64,000 nucleotides of DNA from Antedon mediterranea. Its lineage: Eukaryota; Animalia; Echinodermata. The DNA is taken from NCBI RefSeq assembly GCF_964355755.1, contig NC_092674.1, positions 11,904,001 through 11,968,000 of the forward strand. The letters are read 5' to 3'. This document shows positions 1-12,355 of this stretch, in pieces. The number at the start of each line of letters is the position of its first letter. Position 1 is the first letter of the stretch. The position numbers and the translations under genes were made by a program. The notes beneath the pieces are model-generated. The model was not told the origin of the DNA and searched no databases. It saw only the letters and a program-made list of their open reading frames with translations.

Positions 1-145
1 TTAGGTAGTGCATTGTTTCTCACTTTTTATCATAATTTACCATAAAACGTACATTTAAGACAAGGAATGACATGGTTTAATGTTTTTAAAGTGATATATA
101 TGTATTATTTTCCAAAAAACGTCCAAAATTGCAGGGAAGGGGTCT
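1..145. mobile_element. Kolobok-type non-autonomous DNA transposon, right end (copy 1, truncated by window)
   Basis: Near-identical to 30271-30415 and 57628-57771; ends ...GCAGGGAAGGGGTCT followed by TTAA (146-149). Confidence 0.8.
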
Positions 146-204
146 TTAAGTATCTATATAATTCAAGTTATTTTTCAGATACGTGTGAAAAAACAAGTAT
201 TTAC

Positions 205-2661
205 CTCTATAATAGGTCAAATCAGTTTGACTAAGTAAAGTTGTTCTTGGGGTTTCTGTAGTAAAGGCAGTGCTCGATCGTCTATTTCCTGAATTAAGAA
301 AAAAAATATAGCTGGTGAGCAATGTACATATTACATGTATATGGCGTGTGGCGCAGTGTTCCGACGTTGAACTATTGATCGTGAGTTCGAATCCAAAGCT
401 CGTCGCATTGCTTGTGTTCTTAAACAAGATACTTTACTTACGTTTACCTCTCTCCACTCAAATGTACAAATAGATATCTGGTATAGGTAAAAACATTATT
501 GGAGTATGTTTCCAGACGTGTTTGATCCAAAAATATGACTGGGGTAATAATGAGGCTGATTAAGGGCCCTACAATGGTATGTTTTCTGATGATAAGGCCT
601 ACTATATTTTACAAACAAACTTAAATTTAAGTAAATAAAATTGGCAAACGATAAAAACCAATCAAGATAATACACAATTATAAAACGTACAATACTGAAA
701 TGTTAGCCTAATTTAAGTAAAGAGGTATTTAAAAGAAACACAAATTGTGTGTTACCAGGTGATGTTTATTTACACAAATGCTATTTAAAAGTTCAGTTCA
801 ACCAGACTTTCTCAGCTTTAATTATGTTTAAGTATGTTTAATTAAAAGTGATTACATATAAAAATACAGGGAAAATATGGCAATAGTTTCCAAAAATTTT
901 GTTTGTTGCTATGGCAATAGTTTCCAAAAAAATGTTTTTAAATTTTTCTGAAAAAAAATCGTTCAGAAAATTACACTTTTTCAGTAATTTAGGGGTTATT
1001 AGTACTTGGCGATTGACGCGTTTTTGTCGCCGGTGAACGCGTTGATGTAAGGATGTCTCCCCATCGGTAAAACTTGTAAGTTATAATGTGTCTATAATTT
1101 TAGGCTATACACACAATTAATGCCATTGTTTAGGCCCAAGTAATATTTCAATTGAAAATATCAGTATAATTTACATGTAACATCATGATTTGCACTCTAC
1201 AACAACAAAATCATAACTAGAATTTAATTCGTCACTTTGACGAATTATAGGTGATCATTTCTATCATTTTAATGAAATTATAATTTTTTAAACATGCACG
1301 TACGTTAACATACGACATGATGCATATATTCTTATAGTGCTGTTGTATCTATTATGTGTCATATATAATATGTACAGTATACTGTATATTCATATACAGT
1401 GTAGCATAGGTGAAATTACGTGACCCACATCATGTTCTAATGTTTTGTTATGATGACGTTGTCAAAAAAACTTGAAGATCACAATTTTGAAAGACAATGA
1501 GCAAAAAATTATAAGATTTGGAAAAAAATTTGGCACATAAAATTTGTATAAATTTGACGAAAGAGAGAAAAAATCTAATTGTTAACTTCAATCCGATAGG
1601 CTTAATTTTTATATGAATTCATATCTACATTTCATCAGCTTTCATAATAAATTATAATCATCAAGGTCACATTTTATTCTGAAGAGCTGTAAGATAGTCA
1701 AAATTATGGTGTAGGTGAAATTACACAACCTACGTTATTCAAGATTTTACGCGTGATGACCTCATCAAAATGAAAATGTTGACAACTCATGAGAAAGACA
1801 ATTAATTGAACATTCATATACTAAAGTTTGAGCGAAAATCAGACACAAAATAACCGAGATGCGCTCTGTTGAATGTGATAACCTATGACGAAAGATAAAA
1901 AAACCTAATTTTTAAATTCAAGTGGCCATTTGATGACGTCACAACATTTTGTACGTCAAATGTGTACATTAATTCATATCTACAACTCAATGGCTTAGTG
2001 TCTATTTACGCAGCATTGCGCAATGTATAGGCGATAAAAGCACCAGAAATAGAAAGATCCGGAAAAATGACATATTTTAAATTGTATTTATTCCCCAACA
2101 AAATCGTACTCATTGAAAAAAAAAAAAAAATTAAGTTAGTCGATTGGCCGTTATTTAGATTAACCTCTTAAGCATGTTAAAACACTGGTATAATTGGTTT
2201 TTAAAACATTAGGAATTGGCTAAACAATAACATATATTTTAAAACTGTGGTATACAAACATACATTTCAACTTAGAATATGCTAATAATTGGCTAAAGGG
2301 GTTTAAAGGTAGTAAAATACTGTAAGAGATAAGATGAATTGGTTTTGAGAATGCTAAAAGTAAACCGTTACTAAGTAATTATATTATTTAAGGTATACAA
2401 ATATACCAAAATTATTGGACAATAATGGCATCACTATAATGAAATGTCTAGGTATGAAAAGTATTTGGTTCATGATAATGACCTACGTCAATTTGGTATG
2501 AGAAGCTAACCATCATCGATACGTTTAGTTTGCAGGTCAAATATTTTTTGTTATACTCTAAAACAACCCCTTATTATCAAACTACATGTAAACTTACCAG
2601 CAGCAAAATATAAAGCACAGCACAACATTGCGCACTTCCAAGCTGACATTAGCATTGTCAT
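205..2661 (-). CDS. 5' exons of a putative secreted/membrane protein; gene continues beyond window start
   Basis: Exon 2661-2598 encodes MTMLMSAWKCAMLCCALYFAA (signal-peptide-like) and ends at a phase-1 GTAAGT donor. Exon 288-205 (pyrimidine tract+AG acceptor, GTAAAT donor, phase 1-1) continues in frame as GNRRSSTAFTTETPRTTLLSQTDLTYYR (S/T-rich). Confidence 0.5.
342..555 (+). mobile_element. tRNA-headed CORE-type SINE (degenerate)
   Basis: A-box-like TGGCGCAGTG and B-box GTTCGAATCC, then TGTGTTCTTAAACAAGATACTTTAC...CTCTCTCCACTCAAATGTACAAAT resembling the CORE domain. CTGGGGTAATAATG recurs in reverse near 43473-43486, next to a SINE/L2-like tail. Confidence 0.55.
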
Positions 2662-3622
2662 CGCACTGAAGAGAAAACTGTCTTAATGCAAAGACATAAT
2701 CAGATAAACATTGCAAAATGAGACTAACTGAATTATGTTGCCACACTCAAGCAAAATGTTAATATGATAAAACATAACAAGTTGAAGATGCTGAAGCTCA
2801 ATAACTGCCATTCTGTGCATGTGCGAAAGCTTCATTGAATTGCCACAATATTTTTAACAATTTAACAAAAAAAAAAAAATTCTGGATTTGTATTATCCTG
2901 TATAAATATACTTATTATTGTAATTAACGTTTCACATTTTTAGTAACGGTACCTCATACTAATAATGAGGTAAAACTGAAGGATTATAAACCCTTAAATA
3001 CATTTTGAAACCCTTTGTTTCTCATTAATTTTCCTAGTAGTCCAGTTTTAATTTAAGACCTAATACCAAATTGGTTCGTTTTTTAGTATTCAAAGTTCAT
3101 CTATACCTCGCTTTGTTATATTTGGATCGATACATTTTTATAATAGTCTAAACTCTAAATTAGGCAGAAGGAGTAGATCATTAATAAAACGTTAACAATA
3201 TGTATCCTTTTTAATTAAAGGAATTATTTTGTTATGTTTACCGCTGCCTAACAACAGTACGAGATAATAGTAGGCCTATAATACATACTGCTGATTCGTT
3301 TGCATAGATCGGGCGGTGATTGCTCTTTTATGGATTACTAGACGAGCTTTCGTTTTCACGCCACGTCAGTAAAGAATAAAACATCCTATCCATTAAAACA
3401 TTATTCTGCGCACACTCGGAAATATTTGATAATTTGCAGAATATAGTTAGACTCAAGTTTAATTATTTAGTCCGTTTTCTTTGTATTCTTAGTATAAAAA
3501 CCTCCAAGGGGCCTTACGACATATTAAACTTAATTTAACCGTAACTACTAAAGCATGTTCCATGGATATACATGCCAGCCCATCTAAGATGTGAACCTCC
3601 ATAATGCCTGTTACATATCATA

Positions 3623-3734
3623 TCTTTCAAATATGTTACACTTGTGATGTGATCCTGATATAAGTTTATGTAGAGTAATCTTTCAAATATGTTACACTTG
3701 TGATGTGATCCTGATATAAGTTTATGTAGAGTAA
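3623..3734. repeat. Perfect 56-bp tandem duplication
   Basis: TCTTTCAAATATGTTACAC...GTAGAGTAA occurs twice head-to-tail. Confidence 0.95.
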
Positions 3735-3888
3735 CATAGACTACTTTAGCGGATGGTAATCATATTATACTTAATAGTAGGCCAATGATCATTTAAAAAT
3801 GGATACCACTTAAATTTAATATTGTTATTGATTTATGTGAAAATCGCACTGAAGTCATCATCAGAATAAATACGTACATTTCCCTTAC

Positions 3889-4151
3889 CTATACCGGTAC
3901 TGTATACTTGTAACGCATCCTCTCTCCCACACGTTTCAGTTGCTTTCCCTGAACACTGGACGCTACAATTGGTGTTGTATAATTTATTCATTGAGTCAAC
4001 ATCAACAGTCGCAGAAAAAGCCAAAAAACAGTGAGGCATATGGCAGAATATATCGATAGCAGTATCCAATGCACGTGTCGATATCCATCTGGTCTTTGCG
4101 TATTAGATATTCAGTAATATATAACAAATCATAGCACCCTTACATAATCCT
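3889..4151 (-). pseudogene. WSC-domain exon with two frameshifts
   Basis: AG acceptor at 4152-53 and GTAAGG donor at 3888 (phase 1-1). Reads DYV/GCYD...MDIDTCIGYCYRYILPYASLFFGFFCDC/...NCSVQCSGKATETCGREDALQVYST, the full WSC cysteine pattern, but needs two frame changes. Confidence 0.7.
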
Positions 4152-6902
4152 CTAGAAATATGATAGATAATAGTTTGTGAAAATAAATAAAGATAATCAT
4201 AAACGGTAGAAGAGCAAAATGACACGTTTGAAAGATGAACCTATCCATTATTTTGCTGAAAAATGTATACACATCAAAGAAGAGAAAAAAGACCAAATAA
4301 TAAATAAAGTTTAGTGGTGGTTTGAGATTTTCCCGACAGAGACTGTATGCGATAAATAAACAAAAACACTAACAAATGCTGCTTTGATAACTTAATAAAC
4401 AAATAGAGGGGTCAGTACCTACATATTTAATGGTACTCAAATGCAAGTAATTATATATAATAAAACGTGTCGTTCTTTAATAAATAAAAATACCTCTATT
4501 ATAACTCAAAGTAGACATGGCAATGCCCGAAGAACTATACAGACCTAGAATTTAATAAGTAGAAGCTTTTGTTAATTTCTCACACTGCTTATTCATCCAT
4601 TTACTTATTTCGGAGTGCACATCCATACAAAACAGAAAATTTACCATTTAACATCTTCACATTATTTTACAGCATAATAATAAAGTCAACACCACCTTAA
4701 TCTTAAAAAATAACTGTTTAATGTAACTTTTTCCAGAACGATAATACTCAGGTGGCGCTATACCGTGTCCAAAATAGCGAAACTGTCCAGTGTGTCACGA
4801 AACCTAAGATCACGAAAGCTAAGACCTCAATAGTTCTCTTTCGCACCTGCCTTGTATTTTAACTCTAAATTTGTTAACCAACTTTATCCTGAATACTACA
4901 CCTTAGAATTAGATGAAGAAGAATCAATAAAATAACTCGTTAACTTTTATAATAAAATCGACAAATTCATCTTATCCCCTTTGGGATGCTGATTTTAAGA
5001 TCAATTAATATTCTTTGAAAATAGAAAAGTATCAGCAGTAACATATTACAGCATTTTTATTGACAAAATATATTGAATAAAATAAACGTGCATTTCATCA
5101 ATTGTTGTGAAACAAAGGAATATATTTACTCAACGGGTGAAAATATGGTGAGCTTAATTTATTTACCTCCAACAACAAAATATAAAATACATAATTCCCT
5201 CGTTGACATTAATAACATTGTTTATAAGTTTTAAAAGGAAATTTCTTAATGTAACAACAGCGCCGGGTAAATATCATAAAATCAGCTTTTCCAATGAATG
5301 ACCAAGTGAAGCGCAATATTCGTGATATTATGAGAAATTGTCACAACTCAAACTTTGTGAGATGTGCCTATGGACACGATGGCGTCATATCACTACCGTA
5401 TTTGGACACGTCACACTTTCTTTTCGTCAAACTAGTTCGATAGCGTAGACACGTTAAATATTATATACTAGAAATAAAAGTGCTGAGTCATTAAAAGTAT
5501 ATGCGCATTACGAAGAAGCTTCACTGGATTGCCACGATACATTGTAATTAAGGTTATTTATTTACGAAAACACATTTTTTAAATAGGAATACAATAAAAA
5601 AAAGACAATTTGATTGCTGTAGGTCTATTTCTATGTATAAATATGTTTATTTTTGTAATTAAAATGTTATAATTTGTGGTGATGGTAACTCATACTAATA
5701 ATGATGTCAAACTAAGAGAAGTCAACAGTCGATAATGATAGTTTTAATTGAAGATAGGCTAGACCTTAAAAAGCAATATTCTTGTTTATTAGTTAAGTAT
5801 AACTCGTACAATACAACACCACTTAGTTATAAATTGGTTCGATACATATAATAAAATTGTCGAAATGAATCAGAAAAAATAAATCATTTAAAACATGAAC
5901 ATATTTGTCATTGAGATGTTCGCTACGTAGCAACAGTCGATAATAGTATACACACAGATTGCTAATACGACTGATTGAGTCTAGCAGACTATTGCAAATC
6001 ATCTAGAAAAGATTCTGAATGTATGGAGTAGTTTTAATCATGAATTAAGGAATAGAAGAATATGCATTGACGGTGACATTAAATGATTTTTCCAACGTGC
6101 TTGCCTATACTAAAGCACTGCTGCCAATCAAACAAACATGCTCATTGAACTCCGTGTCTCTAAACGCGACCCTCTATAGAACGCTGCGAATCAACTGTTA
6201 CATTTTTTGAGAACAAAACGTCGCCATGTAGAAATCGTATGCGTAGTCTGATTGTTCTAGTGACATGTCTGCGTGCGTCAATGATTAACTGACAACAACA
6301 ATATATTGCTGAACAATTCTGTTTTAATGTCATCACAATCGGACTACGAAAAGTTTACTTTCTTACGACCGGTAATTTTAAGTAGTTGGTAATAAAAAAA
6401 AAAAATGCAATTTTTATATTTGAATTATCATATTGGCCTGCCACCTTCTGTCATAAAAAATTGCGTTAATCTATAGAATATTAAATTATGCATTTTACCC
6501 ATGTATGTTGTTACTGTGTCTTGTGGTGTCAAGTACAAAAAACGTATTTTTAATATAATGGCTATAGGCAGTGGTTTCTTCAAAAATCTCCATAATTATC
6601 GATGTGATTATATTTAAATTGTAGTGCCTTGTGATTGGCTAGTGATTATGTCATCCACATCACATCCAATCACCAGGCCTAATCGAATGAAAACTGTGAT
6701 CCATGATCCGGGATTGGCTGGCTATGTATAGTTGCGAAATGTCACCACTGACTCTACTACTCTCTAGCGCTCGTTTTGAAAAGTAGACGCAAGGCAAACT
6801 TAACCATAAACAAATGAAGCATAAAAGTACCTTGTCTATTATTACTGTTGTATTATTATTCCCACAAGAAGTAGACAACAATGAGTATATAGATCATTTT
6901 AT

Positions 6903-6956
6903 GCGAGTCAAATGGCCGAGCGGTTAAGGCAGGGGCGCCGTTTACCGTACCTAAAG
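6903..6956 (+). repeat. Short tRNA-derived (A-box) repeat; second copy at about 46428-46470
   Basis: TGGCCGAGCGGTTAAGGCAGGGGCGCCGTTTACCGTACCTAAAG here versus CCGGGCGGTTAAGGCAGGGGCGCTGTTTGCCGTACCTAAAG. Confidence 0.55.
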
Positions 6957-7082
6957 TATCCTTGCTGATTTTGTAATTTTACTTGTAGACTGAGACAACA
7001 ACTAGTTGTTGTCTCAGATGTGTAGGGCTACTACAGGTCATAAAATGCTACTTTAAGGTCATAAAAACAATAGCGTAGATCA

Positions 7083-7193
7083 ATACGGCTTTACCACGTT
7101 GAAACACCGGTTCTCGTCAGATCACCGAAGTGACGTTGGGCCTGGATAGAGCAGGGAGTTATAACAACTCCCTGGATAGAGCTTGGATGGGGG
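7083..7193 (+). mobile_element. 5S rRNA-derived element head (truncated, interrupted)
   Basis: TACGGCTTTACCACGTTGAAACACCGGTTCTCGTCAGATCACCGAAG...CTTGGATGGG follows 5S rRNA. It has an internal deletion and an insertion at 7152-7181. Confidence 0.8.
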
Positions 7194-7373
7194 GTGTCAC
7201 GAAACCTAAGACCACAAAAGCTAAGACCCCCTAAGACCTAAGATCACGAAAGCATTGTGGCCGATCCGCGCTCTGTCGGTTAGAGTCATGGAAGATTTGA
7301 TCTCAAACTGATACATATCCTTCTATTCCTTAATCCATGTTTAAATACACGAAATCATTGTCACTAGAGTATT

Positions 7374-7854
7374 AGGGAGGTTTCGCAACCTTACGAATAC
7401 GATAACGAAAACGGATACGTCACACATTTGTGAAACTTTTGAGCTGATCCCCATTTCATATTCGTAAAGCGTATTCGTGTTGACGAATATCACCAGTCAT
7501 ATTCGTAACTACAAAACGAGTATAGTTTTTGATCTATTTTGCACATTTTGCATTTGAATCAGGAATGATTCATGATTATAAATAATTATACTTTTATTGA
7601 AAGTAATTTACTAAAGTAATTTACTAAAGTAATTTACTAAAATGCCAGGTCAATTTTGATAAATAGAAGTCCTCACTCGCTTTGATGTTACGCTAGGCAT
7701 AGGCAACCAAGCACCAAGCAACACGTACCTGCGCTTCGCTCAAATTTACCGCAGTCATATTTTGGACGGATTTTTACTGGCTTACGAAAAACGAATACGT
7801 GTGCGTGACGTAACCGTTTTCGTTATCGTATTCGTAAGATTGCGAAAACTTCCT
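7374..7854. mobile_element. MITE with ~55-bp TIRs and ATT flanks (PIF/Harbinger-like)
   Basis: AGGGAGGTTTCGCAACCTTACGAATACGATAACGAAAACGG at the left and its near-perfect reverse complement at the right. ATT on both sides (7371-73, 7855-57). Related TIR pair at 62048-62558. Confidence 0.75.
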
Positions 7855-8329
7855 ATTATGTGAAAACTGCACCAATCAAACAAACACGCTCTTTGAACTC
7901 CGTGACTCTAACCGCGGCCCTCTATAGAACGTTACAGTCAACTGTCAACAGTCAACATTTTAATCAGGATCAACAACAAAAACAAACCAATATGTAGAGA
8001 TCATATGCGCAATTGCTCTCTATGTCTGCGTCATGGATTGACAACAACACAAAATCAGACTACGGAACATTCAATTTTGTACGACCGTGAATTAATTTTT
8101 ATTTTATTCATCCATAAGAAATTAAAAAATTAAAAAGCATAAAAATATAAATATAATAGAGTGGAAAATGGGCAAAAAGGATAGAGAGAAATACAGCTGC
8201 CTATCGAGATCAACTTCCATTTCTTTTAGAAGATATCAAGCAAAGCATGTAAAAAATCAAAGTACATAGTAAGTAGGCCTATATTAATATAATACACAAC
8301 GTGAAATGGTTAAGATAACATAACAATTA

Positions 8330-8700
8330 AAAGTTGATAAGGATTACCGTCACATAATATTCAAATCCGTTGACTTTAGTAGTTTTGAAAGGTTTCCTAT
8401 AATTAATTTCTCGAACATGCTTTGGAATTTCGTTCCATATTTTTGCGCCTATTCTAATGTAACATTGACGAGATAATATGCCTTAGGTTGGTATAAATTT
8501 TCCTTACATTTCTGTCTGTACTGTAACATCTTTGTTTAAATTATGAGTTTAAATTGATCGTGTCACAAATCAAACTTAAATAGCGAAATTCATTTTAAAA
8601 TATATCAAGTAAATTCAGTTGCCTAAATAAAGTCAAATAACTAAAGTTAATTCTCTGGAGTAAAAGATGATAAATAGCATATTGCGATGAACAAATCTTA
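8330..8700 (-). mobile_element. Degenerate LINE (CR1/L2-like) ORF2 3' remnant
   Basis: Minus strand reads IGAKIWNEIPKHVREINYRKPFK, matching the GxxxWNxLP...F motif at CR1/L2 ORF2 C-termini. Boundaries approximate. Confidence 0.5.
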
Positions 8701-9061
8701 TTGTTTGCTTAATTAAAAACATAACTTTAAATGTACCATTTGTTTCCCTAATTGTTTCGATACCCTTCGGTTAACGTTTTCATTAACGCTATTTTTCAGA
8801 AATAAGGTTCTCGATGTAACTAAAGTTTTTCGTCAGAATAGATGGGACTAGGCACTGATAGCATTGTCATTTTTTCAGAAGGCCTAATTGCGTTTGGATT
8901 AAATAAATAGAAATACTATTATAACTCATACAGTGTTTTTCATCCCTCTACATTACCGAAATAGGAATTTAAATATAGAGTGTTTATAAAAACTAAAATT
9001 TGTCAAACTCTGCTTTTACAAATAACTCAAAACAGAATATAATAATATAGGCCTATAAACC

Positions 9062-11310
9062 TTATAAATCAGTGTCTTCAATAGATTCAAGTTTCTTTTT
9101 GTTTGAAACAAATCGTTTTGACTTTGATTTTGTTGGGGAAAGGAGCGATTGCAGAACATCTATGGAAGTTCGTCGAGGGGTTAATATGGGAATAGACTCA
9201 TTTTTTGTCACCAGTAAAAGTGTTACATTTCCATCCGGGTCAGTAGTTTGCAAACGATGAGAACTTATTGGTGAACAAGCATTGGGTAAGTTATCCATAA
9301 GTTTGTCAATATTCCGCACTTTAAACTGCAAAAATGCAGAGTTCAATGGTCGTGGATTAAACCTTTCCGGTGTTTTCTTTACAGCAAATTGAATATCACA
9401 TCCACTTTTTGTATGAACCGTGAAAATGCAGAAATTGTTGTCGCGTTTAAACGTAGGATCTTTATTAAGAATTAACGTATAAAAGTTTATCATTTCCAGG
9501 AACGTATTTGCGGAGGAATATATCATGAATCTGACAAATCTTCTTCCGCAATGCACTTGACGCACAGCCCATAACGGCGTGTCAAGCGCAGAACTATAAA
9601 AGTGCTGCTCATTTGGGTGACACGTCGTGAATTGATGCAACATATCGGATGTATGGTGATGCTGCCATGGAGGTTTTGAAAGGTAGTCTTGCAATTCTGA
9701 TATCAGTTCCGAATCCAGTTTCTCGTCTAGAAGTAGTAAAACACAGAGTGGGGCTACCGCATCTGGTTTTTCAATCGAGTTAAAACATTCGCTCGCTCTA
9801 CTTCGTTCAGCCGCAATGTTAAATAGTTGAAACGAAGGATCACACCATTTTACCAGTGGTGTAGTCAAATTCCGAAAATCATTACTGCCCTCAGGATCCG
9901 TTATAAAATGCATAGTCATTGCAAAAGGATCGGATTTCTGATCGTTTGGAAAATAGTCATCTAAAATTAAAATAAATATTGGCTTAATTAGTTGAGCATT
10001 ATAATACATTTCAGCATTAGGCTAGGGTCTAAATATAGGCTTATATAATAACAGATATCGCCTTTTAAATCGGTAAAATATAAGATTTGACTCGGGAATG
10101 ATATTTCCTCGAACAAAATATCATTCCCTCGGGGATGTCAAATCTTGTATTTAACCTCTAAGCAGGCAATATCTGTATAATATTGCATTTTTATAATATA
10201 ATATCCCCAGGAAACATACTGTACGTGTACCGTGACTATAGTGGGCTCTATTTTTGTTTTTTATTGTTGCTCTGTAGTTATTACTATCTTTAATGAGTTT
10301 TTTATTAATGCTATATTTCAGAAATAAGGTTCTCGACGTAACTAAAGTTGTTCGTAATGCTTGCGCACGCGCAGATCAATATGTTTACAAAGTGGGCGGA
10401 GCTTGCGCGTTTCATGTTGGGAAAATAGCGTTAAAGTTAACGTTTACGTTACGATGTGGGCGCGGTGAGCAGTTTCGGCACAATAGATGGGACGTTTACT
10501 GAAGCCCTTCTATTTATTAGTCTGTAGATCCAGCTAGGCACTGATAGCATTGTCATTTTTCCAGTAGGCCTAATAGGAAACATACTGTACGTGGACCCGA
10601 TTCTGCTACTGTCAATAGGTATGTATCTGTATAACTATATAAAGTGTATGCTGTCGGCAAAAATGCTGTACTTTTAACATAAATATATTATAGAGGGCGC
10701 TATATAGAGTAAATACACACAGCAGAATCGGCTGGTACGTGTCCCGTGACTATAGTGGGGCTCTTTTGTTGTTGTTGTTGCTCTGTAATTATTACTATCT
10801 TTAATAATGAGGGTGGCAGTATCCAGTCCCAGTATTGGAACTGATAATTAAGTGACTCGATAAAACATAACAAAACAAACATTATAAAATAATCATAACA
10901 AGTTAAGAAAATAAAATATCTACATTAAAAGTTAAAATCGTTAATAATTGTTGAAAAATAAGTATCTAGCATTATTGAAATCCTATTACGCACACACCAC
11001 CCAGACATAGTTGTGGAAACGTGTACAAGAGTTAAGATATAGATAACAAATCTTATCCATTCCATTCCTTTTTAATACATTCTTCATATAATTACACATT
11101 ATTGTGTAACACAATGATATACCACCCATTATAATATAGAATCATTACTTGAATCAAAATATAAAATATAATGTATATTCTGTGCTATCTTCAATGGTTA
11201 ACATCAAGTTAATTGAACTATAGCAACTATAATAGCTGCAATTAATGCAAGTAGAAGTCAATTAAATGAAATATATACTTACTACTGCTGTTGATCCATG
11301 CAGCTGTCAT
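9062..11310 (-). CDS. FAM124: FAM124 family protein
   Basis: Main exon 9960-9062 has DPFAMTMHFITDP, PPWQHHHT, TPLWAVRQVHCG, DIQFAVK and LPNACSPISSHRLQTTDPDGN, all recognisable FAM124A/B motifs. A 39-nt upstream exon (11321-11283, AG/GTAAGT, phase 1) splices in frame and has an ATG at 11310. The true start is uncertain. Confidence 0.9.
10051..10176. mobile_element. Hairpin-shaped (foldback) MITE
   Basis: ACAGATATCGCC...AAGATTTGAC...GGGAATGATATTT / AAATATCATTCCC...GTCAAATCTT...GGCAATATCTGT, with ATAATA on both flanks. Confidence 0.65.
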
Positions 11311-12230
11311 TCCAACAGAATCTGAAGAACATGAATGGAAGTGGTAAAACAATATTACTATCTATAATATCTATTTATAAAATAAGCTGTAAATCGGTTA
11401 AAAACATACAAATCACTCACGTAAGATGAGATTTATTTAAGTAGAGAACGTTATGTTCCTTCCATCTATTTTAAGGTTTTCCATCTTAACTGTGCATTTT
11501 TAATTACATTTATTTATGAAAATGTTAACACCAAATGGAAGAATCCACAACTGCTATTCTTTTCATAGTGTTTTTTATTCATAGAATTATATGCGTTTTC
11601 CCCTTGTATATTGGGAATAAAACAACTGCCGAGGGTTACATTTTTTGTCCACCCATCTTAGGTTGTTTTTTCATGTTGGTTATCTTGTCCTTCCACGAGT
11701 TAACAATGACGATCGGTGTCTGGTTATGCATCATGCATGGATTTTATTTACATGTACTGTGTACTGCTCAGTACAGTGGGGGAGCCAGTATACCGACTAT
11801 ACTAAGTACACTTTATATGTCGATTATTCCACACACTCTTCCTCAGGTTCCCAAACATAGCGCTCGAGCTTCCCATTTAGTGAAAGATAGTTTATCATTC
11901 AGCCTATCATTCTATAGAACAGTGCCCTTAAACTTTATTTTTCTGGTCATGATAATTGATAATAAATCGTTGATGGTTGATATAGGATCTGATTTCTTAA
12001 TTCTGAATTTCACTACAGTTATTTTAAATCTTCCACACATTGTGTGCAACTAGAGCATCTGCCGGCGAAGATGACAACAGCACATCTTTACATAAAAATA
12101 ACTTCATGACAAAAATCACCATTATCACAATCAGTCTGTAAAAGATCTCTAAGGTCGACTACTATAAATCTGTCCTTTTCATTCCACCTAGTCGCCTGGA
12201 TATCTAAGGTGATCAAGCTTTAAGCTAACT

Positions 12231-12355
12231 AACTAGTTTGACAAAAAAAAGTGTGATGTGCCCAATTAATATGGTAGTGATAAGACGTCATCGTGTCCAT
12301 ATTGTGGGCACATGGCATTCTTTGTGACATACAGTTTGATAGTGTAGACAGAGCT
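12231..12355. mobile_element. ~150-bp MITE family (AGCTCTGTCTACACTATCAAACT termini); other copies at about 5350-5452 and 61607-61751
   Basis: Shared internal GATGTGCCC..ATATGGTAGTGATA..ACGTCATCGTG. Right end GTTTGATAGTGTAGACAGAGCT. The copy at 61607 shows both termini. Confidence 0.7.

Noticed and set aside
1405-1995. Two diverged ~300-bp units starting AGGTGAAATTAC
   Set aside because: Probably the interior of an old repeat; ends and family could not be defined.
9961-10009. ORF-track N-terminus MYYNAQLIKPIFILIL of FAM124
   Set aside because: It lies in the intron; an acceptor at 9961-62 joins the 11283 exon in frame.
11535-12053. 172-aa hydrophobic plus-strand ORF
   Set aside because: No recognisable motif or splice context; more likely the antisense shadow of a decayed minus-strand sequence.
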